A stretch of DNA of 64,000 bases from assembly GCA_023245155.1 (NCBI GenBank), contig JAHFKV010000001.1, positions 11,034 through 75,033 on the forward strand, read 5' to 3'. Both the position numbers and the translations under genes were made by a program. Source of the DNA: Candidatus Staskawiczbacteria bacterium. GTDB lineage: Bacteria; Patescibacteriota; Minisyncoccia; Minisyncoccales; Staskawiczbacteraceae. Positions 58,064-64,000 of this stretch are shown piece by piece (the stretch's first letter is position 1; every line of letters begins with the position of its first letter). The notes beneath the pieces were generated by a model. It worked only from the letters and a program-made list of their open reading frames with translations, had not been told where the DNA came from and searched no databases.

Positions 58064-58101
58064 AAAAAAGCCCGAAAGGAGATTGGTGGTCTCCTCTCGG
58101 G
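58064..58101 (-). terminator. rho-independent terminator of island-6 ORF
   Basis: minus strand CCCGAGAGGAGA-loop-TCTCCTTTCGGG + T6. Confidence 0.8.
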
Positions 58102-58103
58102 TA

Positions 58104-58364
58104 CTAACACGCGCCTTCCGAGTCAGGGCGAATGCCTAAATTAATCTCAATTTTTCTCTGAATCATCAATTGATCGTCTATCGACAATTCGAGCTCAAGG
58201 GCCATCACACTGATACGACCGCAGAGAGTGCCCCAGTGAGACCAATAGGCCCTCCATCGTACAGAACCGAATGGTTCTTTTCGGCCATTGCCAAGAGCTT
58301 GCCATGCCGCCAGCTCATGAAGTAGATCTTTGTAGTCGGAAAGGTTTGACTGATTTTGATCCAT
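58104..58364 (-). CDS. orphan protein in GC-rich island 6
   Basis: 86 aa, AAGGGGA SD-like, own terminator. Confidence 0.5.
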   Translation of the reverse strand: MDQNQSNLSDYKDLLHELAAWQALGNGRKEPFGSVRWRAYWSHWGTLCGRISVMALELELSIDDQLMIQRKIEINLGIRPDSEGAC

Positions 58365-58442
58365 AAATCCCCTTGTAGAATGAACAAATCACCAAAACCG
58401 TTATGTTAACTAAAATTTACCATTTTTATAAAAAATTACAAG

Positions 58443-58478
58443 CTAATAGCGCCCCGCCAGCTGGCGGGGCGCTATTAG
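58443..58478 (-). terminator. groEL terminator
   Basis: CTAATAGCGCCCCGCC-AGC-TGGCGGGGCGCTATTAG 16-bp hairpin. Confidence 0.8.
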
Positions 58479-58500
58479 AAATTAGTAACTTAAAATTTGA

Positions 58501-60138
<1,638 letters not shown>

Positions 60139-60171
60139 TTAAGATTTATGATTTAGGATTTATGAAGCGAC

Positions 60172-60296
60172 GCGTCAGTTTCCAAAGTAGCTCTCGGAGG
60201 CGATTTTGCAGGTCCCGCGAAGCGGGAAAATCGCCGAGAGGCGCAGGGCAAAAATCTCGCTGGAGATTTTATGCCCGGTACTTTGGGGGCTGATGC
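60172..60296 (+). repeat. three-way-junction structured repeat, copy C (candidate ncRNA), in the groES-groEL spacer
   Basis: core identical in architecture to copies A and B; 189-nt spacer. Confidence 0.85.
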
Positions 60297-60318
60297 AGAG
60301 CGAAATACCCGCACGCAA

Positions 60319-60609
60319 CTATTCAATAATCGCCAAGATATCGCTTTCAGAAGCAATCAAATACTCTTTCCCATCCACTTTAATTTCACTTGGGCCATAT
60401 TTCATAAACAGCACTTTTTGACCAGGCATCACAGACACCGGAACAATTTTTCCATCATCGGTTTTTTTACCATTACCGACAGCAATAATGATACCTTGTT
60501 CGGATTTTTCTTTATCAACCGTATCAGGCAAAAAAATCCCCGTCTCCGTTTTTTCGCTGGCTTTAATGGGTTCTATTAATATGTGATCTGAAAGTGGTTT
60601 TATATTCAT
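60319..60609 (-). CDS. groS: co-chaperonin GroES
   Basis: MNIKPLSDHILIEP start, 96 aa. Confidence 0.98.
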   Translation of the reverse strand: MNIKPLSDHILIEPIKASEKTETGIFLPDTVDKEKSEQGIIIAVGNGKKTDDGKIVPVSVMPGQKVLFMKYGPSEIKVDGKEYLIASESDILAIIE

Positions 60610-60619
60610 GGTTTTGTTT

Positions 60620-60646
60620 TTAGCAAACTTATTATTTGATTGCTAA
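60620..60646. promoter_or_regulatory. CIRCE-like inverted repeat (HrcA operator candidate)
   Basis: TTAGCAAAC-N9-GATTGCTAA vs consensus TTAGCACTC-N9-GAGTGCTAA, directly after the -10. Confidence 0.6.
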
Positions 60647-60674
60647 TATTAGAAAAAATATATTTTATTGTCAA
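60646..60674 (-). promoter_or_regulatory. sigma70 promoter of groESL
   Basis: minus strand TTGACA-17 nt-TAATAT. Confidence 0.7.
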
Positions 60675-60680
60675 GTATCA

Positions 60681-60721
60681 AAAATAAAAAAACTCCGGGG
60701 GCAACACAGTGGCGCCCGGAG
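60681..60721 (-). terminator. rho-independent terminator of island-8 ORF
   Basis: minus strand CTCCGGGCGC-loop-GCCCCCGGAG followed by a T-rich run. Confidence 0.75.
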
Positions 60722-60731
60722 CTTTTAAACA

Positions 60732-60989
60732 TCATTCCTTCCCGGTAAAACCCAGCAATTGGTAGACTTTCAAGACGACCTTTCCCTCCGGGATGCTGGC
60801 CTTCCCAATACAGATGACTTCCCGTTGAATAGGGTCTTCATCGGCGCATTCATGTGGGGTAGCGCGATTCACTGCCGTATCTTCGTTTTCTGAGACGACA
60901 ACAGCGTGAATGAGAACCTCTTCCCACATCGGGTATCCCATTTGCTTTCCCCCAAAAGAAAGCTGGATATCGTAGATCTTCAGCAACAT
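60732..60989 (-). CDS. orphan protein in GC-rich island 8
   Basis: 85 aa from MLLKIYD with AGAGAGG SD; the track ORF extends 25 codons into the AT-rich leader. Confidence 0.5.
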   Translation of the reverse strand: MLLKIYDIQLSFGGKQMGYPMWEEVLIHAVVVSENEDTAVNRATPHECADEDPIQREVICIGKASIPEGKVVLKVYQLLGFTGKE

Positions 60990-61096
60990 GGTGTTAGCCT
61001 CTCTTGAAAAGGGAATGTGTTTACTGGTAAAGAACGAACGCCCTCGATTCATTATTTTATACACGATTAATACTTATTTATCAATTTATATAAAGA

Positions 61097-61122
61097 GAAA
61101 ACCGCCCTCTCGGGCGGTTTTC
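61097..61122 (-). terminator. uvrA terminator
   Basis: AACCGCCC-TCTC-GGGCGGTT hairpin immediately after the stop, T-run on the minus strand. Confidence 0.8.
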
Positions 61123-63921
61123 TTAGATTTTCTTCAAATATTTACCAGTGAAAGAATTTTTAATTTTAGCAATCTCCGCCGGGCTTCCCTCTCCGATAAT
61201 TTTACCTCCCTTCTCTCCGCCTTCGGGGCCCAAATCAATTATCCAATCCACACATTTTATAAAATCTATATTGTGTTCAATAGTAATAACGGTATTGCCT
61301 CTGTCCACCAAATTTCTTAACACCTGTACCAATTTTTTGATATCTTCAAAATGCAGGCCGGTGGTTGGTTCATCTAAAACATACAATGTCTGACCGGTGC
61401 CTCGGCGCGAAAGTTCGGTGGCTAATTTGATTCTTTGCGCTTCTCCGCCACTCAAACTGGTGGCAGATTGACCAAGCTCAATATACGAAAGCCCAACTTC
61501 TTTAAGTGTTTTCATTTTATCGTAAATGCCCGGAATGTTTTTGAAAAATTCGGCAGCTTCTTCAATGGTCATGTGCAACACATCTGAAATACTTTTGCCT
61601 TTGTAATCAATTTCCAATACTTCCTTGCTGTAGCGTTTGCCATGGCATTCCTCACATTCCACATAAATATCCGGCAAAAAATACATTTCCACTTTTTTAA
61701 CTCCCTGGCCTTCGCACGCTTCGCACCGGCCGCCTTTGACATTAAAACTAAACCGGCCCGCGCCATATCCACGCACTTTGGCTTCGCGAGTCTCGGCAAA
61801 TAAATCCCTAATGCCACTGAATGCGCCCGTGTAGGTGGCTGGATTTGAGCGCGGCGTCCGGCCGATGGGCGACTGGTCAACCAAAACCACTTTATCAATA
61901 TGCTCTGTCCCTAAAATTTCTTTGTGCGCGCCCGGTTCTTCTTTGGCGCGGTAAAATTGTTTCAGCAACGACGTTGCCAAAATGTCGCTGACCAAAGATG
62001 ATTTCCCCGACCCCGAAACTCCCGTAAAACACACAAACTTTCCCAGCGGAATTTTCACATCCACGTTTTTTAAATTATGTTCCGATGCACCTTTTATTTC
62101 TAAGAACTTTTGAGATTTGTTTGTTTCTTGTATCTTGTTTCTTGTATTTTCAGCCGCCACCGTTTTCCTGCCACTCAAATAATCTCCGGTTAACGTTTTA
62201 GATTTTAAAAGCTGGGCTGGCGTTCCTTCAAATATCACTCTGCCACCGTGTTTGCCCGCCCCCGGTCCAATTTCCACCACCCAATCGGCCGCCAGCATAG
62301 TTTGAGAATCATGCTCAACCACCACCACCGTATTTCCCAAATCCCGCAACTGAAAAAGCGTTTCAATCAACCGATGCTGGTCGCGCGCGTGAAGTCCAAT
62401 AGAAGGCTCATCTAAAATATATAGAACGCCAGAAAGTTTTGACCCAATCTGCGTAGCCAGACGAATGCGCTGCTCTTCTCCGCCCGAAAGCGTGCCAGCT
62501 TTTCTATCGAGCGTTAAGTAATTTAATCCCACATCCAGCAAAAACTGGATTCTTTCTGAAATTTCCTTGGTAATGGGCTGACTGATTTTAGCTTCATTGA
62601 CGCTTAATTTTTTAATTAAAGCCGCGAAAAAATCCCGCGTTTTTTCAACCGGCATTTCTACAATAGTGTCGATAGAAGCGCCGCCAACGGTCACCGCCAG
62701 TACTTCCGGTTTTAGCCTTTTTCCATGGCAGCTTTCACACGTTCGCGTGACCATGTATTTATTGATTTCTTCCCGGGTCCACTCAGAATCTGTTTCATGA
62801 TATCGCCTTTCCAAATTGGCAATCACGCCCTCAAAACCCTGCTTGTCTCCATGCAAAATAATATCAATTACTTTCGGCGACAAATTTTTTATGGGTTCAT
62901 TGACAGAAAAGTTGTGCCTGTCAGCCACTTCACGTAATTTCCAATCGTAATAGCCCTGTCTGCCCACTTTATGGCTGGCCGTTGCCCAGGCAAAAATGGC
63001 GCCCTCAGCAATAGTCAAGTTTCTATTGGGCATGACCAAATCCGGATCAATTTCCAGTTTTTCTCCCAAACCCGTGCAATCGGGGCAAGCGCCATAAGGG
63101 TTATTAAAAGAAAAAGTTCTTGGTTCAAGTTCGGCCAAAGAAATTCCACAATCTTCGCAGGCAAAGTGTTCGCTGAAAATCAAATCATCTTTATCTTTCT
63201 CTGCAACAATCACGATGCCTTTTCCTAATTTCAGCGCAGTTTCCAGTGAATCAACCAAGCGCGATCTATCCAAATCTTTTTCTAAAACCAATCTGTCCAC
63301 CACTGCTTCAATGCTGTGTTTTTTGTTTTTATCTAAAGCTTTAAATAAAGCCTCTTCTATGGGATAGACATCGCCGTCAATGCGTACACGGATAAACCCG
63401 CCGCGCTGAATTTCTTCCAGCACCGCCGTATGTTCGCCTTTTTTAGCACGAATGACCGGCCCCAAAATCATCACTTCCGAACCTTTCTTGATTTTCAAAA
63501 CCTGTTCAACAATCTGATCAATGGTTTGTCTGGCGATTAACTTTCCGCAATTGGGACAATGTGGCTTTCCAATCCGCGCATACAGTAACCGCAAATAATC
63601 ATAAATTTCGGTAATCGTGCCCACGGTGGATCTTGGGTTATGCACCGCTTTTCGCTGGTCGATGGCAATGGCCGGGCTAATGCCTTCAATTTTGTCCACC
63701 TCGGGTTTGTCCATCACCCCTAAAAACTGCCGCGCGTAGGGCGACAAACTTTCCACATACCTACGCTGCCCCTCCGCATAGAGCGTATCAAACGCCAAGG
63801 ATGATTTCCCAGAGCCAGAGAGCCCGGTAATTACCACCAATTTGTTTTTTGGAATATCAAGATCAATGTTCTTGAGATTATGTACCTTCGCTCCGCGAAT
63901 TTTAATGTAGTCGTTTTTCAT
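61123..63921 (-). CDS. uvrA: excinuclease ABC subunit A
   Basis: [40 protein letters not shown]; two ABC modules and zinc fingers; start at MKNDYI. Confidence 0.98.
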   Translation of the reverse strand: MKNDYIKIRGAKVHNLKNIDLDIPKNKLVVITGLSGSGKSSLAFDTLYAEGQRRYVESLSPYARQFLGVMDKPEVDKIEGISPAIAIDQRKAVHNPRSTVGTITEIYDYLRLLYARIGKPHCPNCGKLIARQTIDQIVEQVLKIKKGSEVMILGPVIRAKKGEHTAVLEEIQRGGFIRVRIDGDVYPIEEALFKALDKNKKHSIEAVVDRLVLEKDLDRSRLVDSLETALKLGKGIVIVAEKDKDDLIFSEHFACEDCGISLAELEPRTFSFNNPYGACPDCTGLGEKLEIDPDLVMPNRNLTIAEGAIFAWATASHKVGRQGYYDWKLREVADRHNFSVNEPIKNLSPKVIDIILHGDKQGFEGVIANLERRYHETDSEWTREEINKYMVTRTCESCHGKRLKPEVLAVTVGGASIDTIVEMPVEKTRDFFAALIKKLSVNEAKISQPITKEISERIQFLLDVGLNYLTLDRKAGTLSGGEEQRIRLATQIGSKLSGVLYILDEPSIGLHARDQHRLIETLFQLRDLGNTVVVVEHDSQTMLAADWVVEIGPGAGKHGGRVIFEGTPAQLLKSKTLTGDYLSGRKTVAAENTRNKIQETNKSQKFLEIKGASEHNLKNVDVKIPLGKFVCFTGVSGSGKSSLVSDILATSLLKQFYRAKEEPGAHKEILGTEHIDKVVLVDQSPIGRTPRSNPATYTGAFSGIRDLFAETREAKVRGYGAGRFSFNVKGGRCEACEGQGVKKVEMYFLPDIYVECEECHGKRYSKEVLEIDYKGKSISDVLHMTIEEAAEFFKNIPGIYDKMKTLKEVGLSYIELGQSATSLSGGEAQRIKLATELSRRGTGQTLYVLDEPTTGLHFEDIKKLVQVLRNLVDRGNTVITIEHNIDFIKCVDWIIDLGPEGGEKGGKIIGEGSPAEIAKIKNSFTGKYLKKI

Positions 63922-64000
63922 GAAATACGCTATTATACATTTTTTCTTCAAACTTTACAATGATGCCTATTTCGTGTTAGATGAAGCCATGATAGAACAT

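Noticed and set aside
60288-60306. Hammerhead-like CUGAUG...GAAA string just 3' of repeat copy C
   Set aside because: The core does not fit: C replaces the conserved A9, and there is no real stem II. It is present in only one of the three copies.
60153-60579. Track ORFs 60153..60356 (-), 60206..60421 (+) and 60271..60579 (+)
   Set aside because: They overlap the structured repeat and/or groES antisense. The repeat is conserved at the nucleotide and structure level, not in any reading frame.

Overview
AT-rich (about 40% GC by hand count on samples), gene-dense bacterial window. Nearly every core gene is on the minus strand. The gene content points to a small-genome Patescibacteria/CPR-like organism, though this lineage call is an inference: a compact F1Fo ATP synthase operon with short delta and epsilon subunits, a type IV pilus locus (pilB, pilC, pseudopilins, pilM/N/O) bracketed by a histidine kinase and an orphan response regulator, DUF5667/ECF sigma, dnaG-rpoD, groES-groEL, uvrA, obg, tgt, sodA and cspA. 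There are two tRNAs, Asn-GTT and Ser-GGA. I found no rRNA, CRISPR array, transposase or integrase. Two things stand out. (1) A structured repeat of about 125-180 nt is present in 3 full copies and 1 partial copy, all in + orientation. It folds as a three-way junction, and the differences between copies are compensatory. One copy sits in the groES-groEL spacer and one abuts an ABC permease stop codon. I do not recognise it as a named family. (2) At least seven short, visibly GC-richer islands each carry a single orphan ORF, most with their own sigma70-like promoter, SD and terminator. They are wedged into intergenic gaps, including both internal gaps of a MarR-HlyD-FtsX-ABC efflux operon and both flanks of groESL. 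Secondary observations are a GIY-YIG ORF that runs into tRNA-Ser and has a tRNA 5' fragment upstream, a repeat-rich pyk leader, a 5 x 17-aa beta-hairpin repeat protein, and a DsbB plus VKOR-type thioredoxin pair. All calls come from reading the sequence and translations; no searches were run.
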